A stretch of 53,198 nt of DNA from Planctomycetales bacterium 4484_113 (GTDB lineage Bacteria; 4484-113): positions 1 to 53,198 of the forward strand of contig MVCR01000003.1 in assembly GCA_002050035.1 (NCBI GenBank), read 5' to 3'. Position numbers and translations under genes: made by a program. The notes beneath the pieces are model-generated. The model did not search any database, had not been told where the DNA came from, and was given only the letters and a program-made list of their open reading frames with translations. This document shows, in pieces, positions 45,699-53,198 of the stretch; positions within the stretch are counted from its first letter, which is position 1, and each line of letters opens with the position of its first letter.

Positions 45699-46901
45699 AT
45701 GTCTTCAGGGTCTATCAATCTGTGCGTGCTTGGCTCAACTGGCTCGATTGGGCGTACCACTCTGCGAGTGGTTGAGGCACACCCCGAGCGCTTCCACGTC
45801 TTGGCGCTTGCCGCCCATTCTGATGGTAGGCTTCTACTCGCACAGGCCGAGAAGTTCCATCCCTCCTGCTGTGTCCTGGCAGATGAGTCCGCCGGACAGC
45901 ACTATGAAGCTGCCTTTGGCGAGCTTGGGGTCAAGCTTCACTTGGGAGCAGATGCTCTGCTCGACCTCGTGAAACTGCCCGAAGTGGACACGGTAGTATG
46001 TGCTATCGACGGCGCTGCCGGCTTGCCAGCGCTTGTGTCGGCTATCGAGGCAGGGAAGGATATCGCCTTCGCCAACAAAGAGGCGTTGGTGACTGGCGGC
46101 ACCTTGGTGAAGAAGCTGCTGAAGGAGCATGCGGTTCGATTCACGCCTATCGACAGCGAGCATTCCGCCATCTTCCAGTGCCTTTCCGGTGGAACCCATG
46201 AGGAGATCAAGTCGATCACGCTGACTGCATCTGGAGGTCCTTTCTGGAAAAGAAGCCTTGATGAACTGCGGGGGGTTAGCTATGAGGAAGTGCTGCATCA
46301 TCCGCTCTGGCAGATGGGGCCGCGCAACACTGTGAATTCGGCGACTTTTGCCAACAAGGGGCTCGAGATCATTGAAGCACATTTTCTTTTTGATCTACCG
46401 CCCGAAGCCATTGAGGTGGTTATCCATCCGCAGGGCATTGTTCACGGGATGGTCGAGTTCGTTGACGGCAGCGTGCTCGCGCAGCTTGCAGTTCCAGATA
46501 TGGCTCTGCCGGTACAGTACGCTCTTGGGCTGCCGGCGCGTCTGCCCGCGGTAGTGAAGTCGCTTGACCTGGTGAATGTCGGTAGCCTCGAATTCCACCA
46601 TTGGGACGAGCAGCGCTTTCCCGCACTGGCGCTAGCTTACGGCGTGCTGAAGGGAGATTGGTGGGAGCCGGTGGTGCTTAACGCAATGAATGAAGCTCTT
46701 GTCGACAGGTTTCTTGCCCGGGAGCTTTCTTTCTGGCAGCTAAGCCGTGGGTTATCCATGGTGTTCGCGCACCGGGAAGAAGCACTGGCGCCACTGCTGG
46801 CAGGGGATCAGCTTGAGCCGACGCTGTCGACCATTGCGAGTATTGACGCCGTCGCGCGCGCGTTTGCGGCACAATTCGTGGTGCCGGATTTGGAGGAATA
46901 A
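45699..46901 (+). CDS. dxr: 1-deoxy-D-xylulose-5-phosphate reductoisomerase.
   Basis: LGSTGSIG NADPH motif. GGTLV...DSEHSAIFQ. 400 aa. Confidence 0.95.
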   Translation: MSSGSINLCVLGSTGSIGRTTLRVVEAHPERFHVLALAAHSDGRLLLAQAEKFHPSCCVLADESAGQHYEAAFGELGVKLHLGADALLDLVKLPEVDTVVCAIDGAAGLPALVSAIEAGKDIAFANKEALVTGGTLVKKLLKEHAVRFTPIDSEHSAIFQCLSGGTHEEIKSITLTASGGPFWKRSLDELRGVSYEEVLHHPLWQMGPRNTVNSATFANKGLEIIEAHFLFDLPPEAIEVVIHPQGIVHGMVEFVDGSVLAQLAVPDMALPVQYALGLPARLPAVVKSLDLVNVGSLEFHHWDEQRFPALALAYGVLKGDWWEPVVLNAMNEALVDRFLARELSFWQLSRGLSMVFAHREEALAPLLAGDQLEPTLSTIASIDAVARAFAAQFVVPDLEE

Positions 46902-46905
46902 CACG

Positions 46906-48309
46906 ATGACAGATTTCACGGGAACGCTTGACGAAGATCTTGCGAGCAAGGTCTGGGGTGCGGCACTTGCACATGGTGGTGATTTCGCCGAGATATTCCT
47001 TGAGGACACCGAGCGGTTGAGTTTCCGACTGAAGGACGGCGTGATTTCCGACGTGTCGCGTGGACACCTTCAGGGGGTGGGTGTGCGCGTGGTGAGCGGA
47101 GGCAGCTATGGCTACGGCTGGCTGGACGGGCTCGACGAAGCCGGCTTGCTGAAGGCGGCGCGCGTCGCGGCGGAGATTGCAAGCGATCATCCTTCGGGGG
47201 TGCAACCAGCACGCAGGATAGATTTACCAGACCTCTATCCGGTTGAGCAACCGCTTCAACGGCTGGAACTCACGGCTAAGACGAAGATGGCTCAGGATGT
47301 GGATACTGGGGTGCGCGCGCATGACTCGCGGGTCCAGCAGGTGAATGTGCTCTACTCCGAGAGTCTAAGAGTAATCCGAGTGCTTACTTCGGATGGCAGG
47401 GACGTGCGCGATGAGCAGCCGCTGGTGCGGATGGCAGTGCAGGTCGTTGCAGTGAAGAATGGCAAGCGGGCGCGAGGTTTCCGTGCTTACGGCGGCCGAG
47501 TCGGCGCAGACCTTTTCACTGACCAGCCGCCGGTGCCTTTCTTCTTGGCAGCAGCCGAAATGGCGCTCGTCAACCTTGAAGCACGTACTATCAAAGGTGG
47601 TCCAATGCAGGTGGTGCTCGGTCCAGGCTGGGGCGGCGTACTCTTGCACGAATCTGTGGGGCATGGGCTGGAGGGAGACTTCAACTTCAAGAAGGCTTCT
47701 CTTTTCTCCGGTCGTCTGGGTCAAAAGGTCGCTAGCGATCTGGTTACAGTAGTCGACGATGCCACGATTCCACATCATCGTGGCAGCCTCAACATCGATG
47801 ACGAAGGCACTCCAGGTTCTCGCAAGGTGCTTATCGAGAACGGGGTGCTTCGCAGGTACATGGTCGACCGCATCAGCGCACGGCAGCTTGGACACCGGCT
47901 GACCGGCAATGGGCGTCGCGAATCCTATCGCTACCCGCCGATTCCGCGAATGACCAATACGTTTATGCTTGATGGCAGCTCGGATCCAGAGGAAATCATC
48001 CGCTCGACGGCGCACGGACTGTTCGCGAAGACCTTCGGCGGTGGGCAGGTGGATATCAGCAACGGGAACTTCGTTTTCGAGGTGATGGAAGGGTACCGTA
48101 TCGAGAATGGCAAGCTGACGCATCCGGTAGAGAGTGCGATTCTGATTGGCAATGGCCCCGAAGCGCTGGGGAAAGTGGATATGGTCGGCAATGACTTCTC
48201 GTTGGATACCGGCGTCGGCACTTGCGGAAAGAACGGGCAACAGGTTCCGGTGGGCGTTGGTGAGCCCACACTGAGAATTAGCGAGATGACCGTCGGTGGA
48301 AGAGGCTAG
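46906..48309 (+). CDS. tldD: TldD-family metalloprotease.
   Basis: HESVGHGLE zinc motif. C-terminal GxC..GxG motif (GTCGKNGQ). Start at ATG 46906, just after the dxr stop. The ORF-track 46747 start overlaps dxr and is rejected. Confidence 0.9.
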   Translation: MTDFTGTLDEDLASKVWGAALAHGGDFAEIFLEDTERLSFRLKDGVISDVSRGHLQGVGVRVVSGGSYGYGWLDGLDEAGLLKAARVAAEIASDHPSGVQPARRIDLPDLYPVEQPLQRLELTAKTKMAQDVDTGVRAHDSRVQQVNVLYSESLRVIRVLTSDGRDVRDEQPLVRMAVQVVAVKNGKRARGFRAYGGRVGADLFTDQPPVPFFLAAAEMALVNLEARTIKGGPMQVVLGPGWGGVLLHESVGHGLEGDFNFKKASLFSGRLGQKVASDLVTVVDDATIPHHRGSLNIDDEGTPGSRKVLIENGVLRRYMVDRISARQLGHRLTGNGRRESYRYPPIPRMTNTFMLDGSSDPEEIIRSTAHGLFAKTFGGGQVDISNGNFVFEVMEGYRIENGKLTHPVESAILIGNGPEALGKVDMVGNDFSLDTGVGTCGKNGQQVPVGVGEPTLRISEMTVGGRG

Positions 48310-48364
48310 GAATTCTGTCTACTGCCTCTTCTGAGCGATGAATACTCAGCACCGGAGGTGAGCT

Positions 48365-49042
48365 ATGAAAGTGCATAATCTGCTCCTCATCATGTGTGCG
48401 CTTATGCTGCTGAGTGCTCCCACGTGGGCAGATATCCTGTCACCAAAGACCAAACGAGGAGCGAAGCTCAAACTACCGGCTCCCCAGCTTACGAGCGATG
48501 TTTCACTTGAAGCGGCACTGGCTTCGCGCCGTTCGGTACGTGCATTCACGGCTGAGCAATTGACGCTCGCGGAAATCGCTCAGATCTGCTGGGCTGCACA
48601 GGGCGTAACCAGAGAGAAGTGGGGATTTCGCACTGCGCCCTCAGCCGGTGCTCTCTATCCGCTTGAGTTGTATCTGCTGATGCCAGAGGGAGTTTTTCAC
48701 TACATCCCAGAGGAACATGTTCTGCAGGTGATGGTGCTGGAGGATAAACGCGGCGAGCTAGGCGATGCTGCGCTGGGGCAGAACGCGGTGTATGCTGGGG
48801 TCTGTACGTTTGTCATAACCGGCGTGGTGGCGCGAACGGAAGCAAAGTACGGCGACAGGGCGCGGAGATACGTTCATATCGAAACTGGTCACGCCGCGCA
48901 GAACATCCTGCTTCAAGCTGCAGCACTGGGCTTGGGCGCAGTTCCCATTGGGGCGTTCAATGATGAACGGGTTGCGGAAGTCCTTGAGTTGCCAAGGGGG
49001 TTTGAGCCCGTTTACATCATCCCCACAGGGCACGCCAGGTAA
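48365..49042 (+). CDS. Nitroreductase-family (SagB-type dehydrogenase domain) protein with an N-terminal signal peptide.
   Basis: Signal peptide MKVHNLLLIMCALMLLSAPTWA. Nitroreductase fold motifs (RRSVRAF, GALYPLELYLL, HIETGHAAQNILLQAAALGLGAVPIGAF). Confidence 0.6.
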   Translation: MKVHNLLLIMCALMLLSAPTWADILSPKTKRGAKLKLPAPQLTSDVSLEAALASRRSVRAFTAEQLTLAEIAQICWAAQGVTREKWGFRTAPSAGALYPLELYLLMPEGVFHYIPEEHVLQVMVLEDKRGELGDAALGQNAVYAGVCTFVITGVVARTEAKYGDRARRYVHIETGHAAQNILLQAAALGLGAVPIGAFNDERVAEVLELPRGFEPVYIIPTGHAR

Positions 49043-49045
49043 TCC

Positions 49046-50542
49046 TCACTTCCCTACGCAGAACTGCGAGAAGACCTGCTCGATGACCATTTGGTGGCTC
49101 TCCATGGAGAGTATCTGCGCAAGTGCCTTCTGCGCGTCATAGAGGTCAATAGAGACCACATCCAGCGGCAGACCAAGGCGCAGACTCTCAGTTGCCTGCT
49201 CGATGCTCTGCCGGGCGCGAACCACGAGCGTCCGCTGTCGGTCAGTCAGGAGAAAGCGAACGGAACTGTCCCCGACACTTCCCAGTTCACGCAGGAAACC
49301 GACTACGCGTTCGACGCCTGTGCCCTCGATCGCGCTGATGAGTGCTGCCCCGAGACTCTTGGCGTGAAGGTCGAAGTGCGAGCGCTCTTTCTCGTCGGAA
49401 AGCGTGTCTGCTTTGTTGATAACGACAAGAGTAGGTATCTCTTGCTCGCGGGCACTTTCCCATGTTTCCGCAATCCGCGGGAGCCTCTCGCGGCCATCGG
49501 GATAGAAATGCCCCGCATCCTCCATCAGGATGAGTGCATCGGATTCGGCGAGCAACCTCTGCGCGCGCTCAACCCCCAGCATCTCCACCAAATGGCGTGC
49601 ATGACGTAGCCCAGCCGTGTCCACAAGAGAGAGCTTCACTCCGCCGATAAGCAGGCTTTCCTCAAGGTAGTCGCGAGTTGTGCCCGGTGCGGCTGCTACG
49701 ATAGCACGCTCAAAGCCCAGCAGGCGATTGAAAAGCGTGGACTTGCCAACGTTTGGCGGCCCTACTATCACAACCTTCAGCCCGCGTCTCAGAGCGCCGT
49801 AGCGGTCATGGAGGCTGATGGACGTGTCGAGCTCGCCCGCAAGGGGCAACAGGCGTGCGAGGGCAAAGATACTGGCAGGCTGCAGGGATTGATAGCTTTC
49901 AGCCGGCTCGCCGAGCTCACGCAACTCCTCTCGTGACGCTGTTTCCTCCCATATCTCAGGCTCTTCGGAGCTTACCTCACCTGCATCGCCAGGGTAGTCA
50001 TGCACAACTTCAACTCGCGCAAGGAGGTTGTTCAGGATGTCGAGCCACTTCTGCACGTGATGACTCGTTTCACCTGCAAGCTGGTTGAGGCTGAGCCTGA
50101 GCATCTGTTCTGAGGTCGCGCGAATGGACTCGTTCACGGCTTCTGCTTGGGCAAGATCCATGCGTCCGTAGACGCAGGCGCGGAAGGAGAACTCGCCCGG
50201 TTCAGCAGGACGTGCTCCCAGCTCTACCAGGTGCTGCAGCAGCTGCTTGACCATAACCGTGTTTCCTGGTAGCGAGATCTCAATGACGTCCTCGCCGGTG
50301 AAGGAGTGCGGGGATTGGAAGCAGATGAGCACTGCTTCGACGGAAACGCCATCGTCCAGTTTGAGCGTGCGCAGGAAGTGGCGTCCGGCGGCTTCGCGCT
50401 TCGGGGGCAACTTCTGCCTGAGCAACCTGCGAATAGTGGAATAAGTGCGACTGCCGGAGACGCGTATGATTGCAAGCGCTCCGGTGCCTGGAGGAGTACA
50501 GAGGGCGCAGATAGTATCCTCCGTCCGATAGAGCTTCTCCAT
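49046..50542 (-). CDS. mnmE: tRNA modification GTPase MnmE/TrmE.
   Basis: N-terminal DTICALCTPPGTGALAIIRVSG. G-domain GPPNVGKSTLFN...DTAGLR. C-terminal CVGK. Start at internal ATG 50542. The ORF-track N-terminal 84 aa is rejected. Confidence 0.9.
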   Translation of the reverse strand: MEKLYRTEDTICALCTPPGTGALAIIRVSGSRTYSTIRRLLRQKLPPKREAAGRHFLRTLKLDDGVSVEAVLICFQSPHSFTGEDVIEISLPGNTVMVKQLLQHLVELGARPAEPGEFSFRACVYGRMDLAQAEAVNESIRATSEQMLRLSLNQLAGETSHHVQKWLDILNNLLARVEVVHDYPGDAGEVSSEEPEIWEETASREELRELGEPAESYQSLQPASIFALARLLPLAGELDTSISLHDRYGALRRGLKVVIVGPPNVGKSTLFNRLLGFERAIVAAAPGTTRDYLEESLLIGGVKLSLVDTAGLRHARHLVEMLGVERAQRLLAESDALILMEDAGHFYPDGRERLPRIAETWESAREQEIPTLVVINKADTLSDEKERSHFDLHAKSLGAALISAIEGTGVERVVGFLRELGSVGDSSVRFLLTDRQRTLVVRARQSIEQATESLRLGLPLDVVSIDLYDAQKALAQILSMESHQMVIEQVFSQFCVGK

Positions 50543-50620
50543 ACGAAGATGGTAACACGAGCGGCGCGTGGCACCGGAAGCTGAGAGCTTCAGATAGGTT
50601 ATCCCTGTCTGGGCAGGCTG

Positions 50621-50629
50621 TGCTAGAAT
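50621..50629 (+). promoter_or_regulatory. Extended -10 TGcTAGAAT giving a leaderless or near-leaderless surE transcript.
   Basis: TAGAAT ends 9 nt before the ATG at 50639. No SD. Confidence 0.35.
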
Positions 50630-50638
50630 CGGAATGCG

Positions 50639-51499
50639 ATGAATGCGCCTCGATCTCCCAGCAGCTTCCGGATTTTTGCCACAAATGATGATGGTCTCTT
50701 CGCGCCGGGGATGATTGAACTGGCTCGACGGCTTTCTCCGCGAGCCGAGCTGACCATAGTTGCGCCCGATGGTGCTCGCTCCGCTGCAAGCCATTCAATC
50801 ACACTGCATAAGCCGCTGAGGCTGGATGTGGCACCTGGTTTCCCTTGGCCGTCCGATGCGCGAGAACCGCATGTCGCCTACACCTGCTCGGGTTCCCCCA
50901 CTGATTGCGTGATGTTGGGTGTGCTGGAGGTGCTCAAGGAGAGTCCGCCACATGTCGTCGTGAGTGGGATCAACGAGGGCCAGAATCTGGCTGAGGATGT
51001 GACGTACTCAGGAACGGTCGCTGCAGCGATGGAGGGCGCGATCCTCGGATTTCCTTCGATCGCTGTGAGCCTTGATTATCGCGGTGCGGGTAACTACCCG
51101 ACAGCCAGCCATTTCTTGGTCAATCTCATAAGTCGGGTCTTCTTCGGGGACACATCTGAGAATCCGGCGGCTTGGCTTCCCGTGGATACTTCTGAACTCC
51201 TGGCTCGTCATGGGGGCAAGGTGTTCCTGAATGTAAATGTGCCCGATCGGGCCATAGACGAGGTAAAAGGACTCAGGCTTTGCCGAACCGGATTCCGGGG
51301 ATACCGCGATGTTGTGCAGAAGATGGTGGATCCGCGCGGGCGTCCCTTCTTCTGGATTGCTGGAGAGCGAGTGGCGGAGGATCTGCGGGAGGGCACCGAC
51401 GTCAGAGCGGTTGAGAATGGATGGGTTGCAGTTACTCCACTGACCTGGGAGCTGACCTTTGAGCCAGGGTTCGCCACGCTGGCTCCGGTGCTGGAGTAG
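50639..51499 (+). CDS. surE: 5'/3'-nucleotidase SurE.
   Basis: IFATNDDGLFAPG and VAPDGARSAASHSITL motifs. GINEGQNL. Confidence 0.9.
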   Translation: MNAPRSPSSFRIFATNDDGLFAPGMIELARRLSPRAELTIVAPDGARSAASHSITLHKPLRLDVAPGFPWPSDAREPHVAYTCSGSPTDCVMLGVLEVLKESPPHVVVSGINEGQNLAEDVTYSGTVAAAMEGAILGFPSIAVSLDYRGAGNYPTASHFLVNLISRVFFGDTSENPAAWLPVDTSELLARHGGKVFLNVNVPDRAIDEVKGLRLCRTGFRGYRDVVQKMVDPRGRPFFWIAGERVAEDLREGTDVRAVENGWVAVTPLTWELTFEPGFATLAPVLE

Positions 51500-51533
51500 C
51501 TTCGTGCACTGCTGGACGCTTTGCTGAACCGCT

Positions 51534-51542
51534 TGATATAAT
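51534..51542 (+). promoter_or_regulatory. Extended -10 TGaTATAAT upstream of the EF-G-like gene.
   Basis: It lies about 55 nt upstream of the ATG at 51598, which has SD AGGAGG. The leader contains a GCGAGC-GCA-GCTCGC hairpin. Confidence 0.3.
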
Positions 51543-51597
51543 CACACAGCTGGGCGAGCGCAGCTCGCAGCTGGAAATCTACTTCCCAGGAGGAATC

Positions 51598-53198
51598 ATG
51601 GCGGCAACGCCCGTAGTAGGAAAACGAAACGCGGCCTTGGTCGGGCACGGCGGAGCAGGCAAGACGACGCTCGCAGAGGCCATTTTCTTCTCCCAAGGGC
51701 TGATTACCCGTATGGGCAAGATACAGGAAGGCAATACTCTGTCGGACTATACCCAGGAGGAGATCAAGAGGGAGCACTCGATATACTCCACTGTGCTTCC
51801 TCTCACATACAGAGACCATCAGATAACTATCCTGGATACTCCGGGGTACCTCGATTTCGTGGGGCAGATGGTGTCTGCACTATCGGTAGTGGATGGGGCT
51901 GTTATCTGCGTCAATGGTGCCACGGGGGTGGAGAGTCAGACTGTGCGGGCGTGGGAAATTGCCAATGAGCATGAGCTTTCCCGAATCGTGTTCATCAATC
52001 AGCTTGATCGTAGCGATGCCGATTTTCGTGAGCTGTCGGGAGAAGTGCGTGAAATCTTCGGCAAGCGCTGCGTTCCTCTGGTTGTGCCGGCTGGCAGTGG
52101 AGACAAGGTCGAAGGGGTGATCAACATCTTGACTCGCGTGTGTCGCATCCGAAAAGGGAAGGAGACAGTTGAGGTAGAGGTGCCAAGCGATCTCAAGGAT
52201 CTGGTTGAAGAGCTGCGCTTTCAGCTCGTGGAGTCGATTGTGGAACTTGATGAGAAGCTGTTCGAGCGGTACTTGGCCGATGAGGTCATTAGTGACGACG
52301 AGCTCGCAGAGGTATTGCGACGCAGCACCATCGCAGGTGAGATCGTGCCAGTTATCGGAGGAGCCGCGCAGCATCTTGTTGGTGTGACTACGTTGCTCAA
52401 CTTGATTGTTGATTATCTGCCTGCGCCAGATGCGAAGAGGAGGATTGGGGGATACGTGCCGGGTACGGACAAGAAGGCAGAGCGGCCACTGACCCAGGAT
52501 GCTCCCTTTGCTGCCCGTGTTTTCAAGATGGCAACTGAGCCGCACCTGGGAGAAATGAGCTACTTCCGGATCTACTCCGGCAAAGTGCGTCCCGGAGATA
52601 CGGTGTTGAATGCTAACACCGACACCACGATGAAGCTCTCCGCAATAGTGGCTATGCGCGGGAAAGAGCGTCGTGATCTGACTGAGGCTACTGCGGGCGA
52701 CATCGTGGCGACTGTCAAGCTGAAGGACACGCACATCGGTGATACGCTCTGCGCGCGTGAACAGCCGATTGTGTTCCCGGCTCTCACCTATCCGAAAGCA
52801 GTGTCCTTTGAAGCTATCGAAGTGGAAGACAAAGCGGTGCTGGAGAAGATCTCATCTAGTCTCCAGCGCTTGCACGAGGAGGACCCCACTTTGGTTACAG
52901 AGATGAACGAAGAGACGCGCCAGCTTGTAGTGTATGGCATGGGGGAACTACACCTGGCAGCGGCCAAGGAGAAGGTGCAAGAGCGCAATGCAGTGAAGTT
53001 CGAATGGACACGTCCCCGGATTCCCTACAAGGAAACCATTCGGGGCAAGGCGGAAGCGCAGGGAAGGTACAAGAAGCAGACTGGCGGGCGCGGGCAGTAC
53101 GGAGATGTCTGGCTGCGTCTTGAACCCTACAAGGACGGGGAGCTGAATTTCGTAAACAAGATAGTGGGTGGCGTGGTGCCAAGCAGGTTCGTACCGGC
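51598..53198 (+). CDS. Elongation factor G paralog (EF-G2-like), 3'-truncated by the window end.
   Basis: G1 motif ALVGHGGAGKTTLAEAIFF (EF-G2-type rather than canonical AHIDAGKTT). DTPGYLDF. NQLDR. Domains II-IV follow with no stop before 53198. Confidence 0.85.
   Translation, partial: MAATPVVGKRNAALVGHGGAGKTTLAEAIFFSQGLITRMGKIQEGNTLSDYTQEEIKREHSIYSTVLPLTYRDHQITILDTPGYLDFVGQMVSALSVVDGAVICVNGATGVESQTVRAWEIANEHELSRIVFINQLDRSDADFRELSGEVREIFGKRCVPLVVPAGSGDKVEGVINILTRVCRIRKGKETVEVEVPSDLKDLVEELRFQLVESIVELDEKLFERYLADEVISDDELAEVLRRSTIAGEIVPVIGGAAQHLVGVTTLLNLIVDYLPAPDAKRRIGGYVPGTDKKAERPLTQDAPFAARVFKMATEPHLGEMSYFRIYSGKVRPGDTVLNANTDTTMKLSAIVAMRGKERRDLTEATAGDIVATVKLKDTHIGDTLCAREQPIVFPALTYPKAVSFEAIEVEDKAVLEKISSSLQRLHEEDPTLVTEMNEETRQLVVYGMGELHLAAAKEKVQERNAVKFEWTRPRIPYKETIRGKAEAQGRYKKQTGGRGQYGDVWLRLEPYKDGELNFVNKIVGGVVPSRFVP

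Noticed and set aside
46747-46905. tldD start at 46747 overlapping dxr by 155 nt
   Set aside because: The N-terminal 53 aa are Arg/Cys/Trp-rich with no homology. ATG 46906 follows the dxr stop and begins the conserved MTDFTG TldD N-terminus.
50543-50794. 84-aa N-terminal extension of MnmE and 45-aa extension of TatD (44719..44853) from the ORF track
   Set aside because: Family N-termini begin at internal Mets (MEKLYRTEDTICALCTPPG; MDTHCHIYW). The extensions lack conservation and would overlap promoter regions.
1-53198. Search for tRNA/rRNA genes, CRISPR repeats, IS elements, integrases or phage genes
   Set aside because: No T-loop-like GGTTCGAATCC motifs. No short direct-repeat arrays. No transposase or integrase-like translations. 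The window appears to be stable chromosomal backbone plus one surface-protein island.

Overview
High-GC (~60%) bacterial chromosomal segment, almost certainly from a diderm organism (outer-membrane beta-barrel, lipoproteins, an LptA-like protein, lspA). It has Terrabacteria-like features: rpmE-DUF1385-prfA-prmC-tsaC synteny, extended -10 promoters, several leaderless genes and an EF-G2 paralog. It is mostly core housekeeping. The largest block is a complete 14-subunit complex I operon, nuoA-nuoN, with fused nuoCD and 4-bp gene overlaps. Other core genes are uvrA, a pyrimidine-nucleoside phosphorylase, pgi, tsaC, prmC, prfA, rpmE, tmk, lspA, a dksA-family gene, tatD, hbd, dxr, tldD, mnmE, surE, and an EF-G2-like gene truncated at the window end. 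No tRNA, rRNA, CRISPR array or mobile element was seen. The accessory content that stands out is a cell-surface locus at 8.1-14.7 kb. It holds a leaderless YjbH/GfcD-family outer-membrane protein gene, followed by two large lipoprotein genes that carry cohesin-like and dockerin-like modules (PKD/cadherin-like + cohesin-like; cohesin + canonical two-segment dockerin + ~740 aa unknown domain). This reads as a candidate non-cellulosomal cohesin-dockerin surface assembly. Other notable items are listed here. (1) An autocleavable XRE-HTH/S24 (LexA-like) repressor with an Ala-Gly site and Ser/Lys dyad, with direct repeats over its own leaderless promoter. (2) A YknW/YknX-like Yip1 + HlyD pair with no ABC partner. 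(3) A short GntR regulator with a perfect GT-N-AC palindrome, in an operon with an SPFH protein. (4) Recurrent TGnTAnnnT extended -10 promoters, several placed to give leaderless mRNAs. (5) Tandem near-consensus sigma70 promoters upstream of both orphan surface-lipoprotein genes. (6) A NIL-domain/ferredoxin fusion, preceded by an overlapping 37-codon hydrophobic mini-ORF, downstream of the nuo operon. (7) A promoter-plus-terminator leader or sRNA candidate containing a CCUCC motif at 41.28-41.41 kb. (8) A tsaC gene whose conserved N-terminus lacks a canonical start codon. All calls rest on motif-level reading of the translated ORFs and the DNA. No database search was possible.
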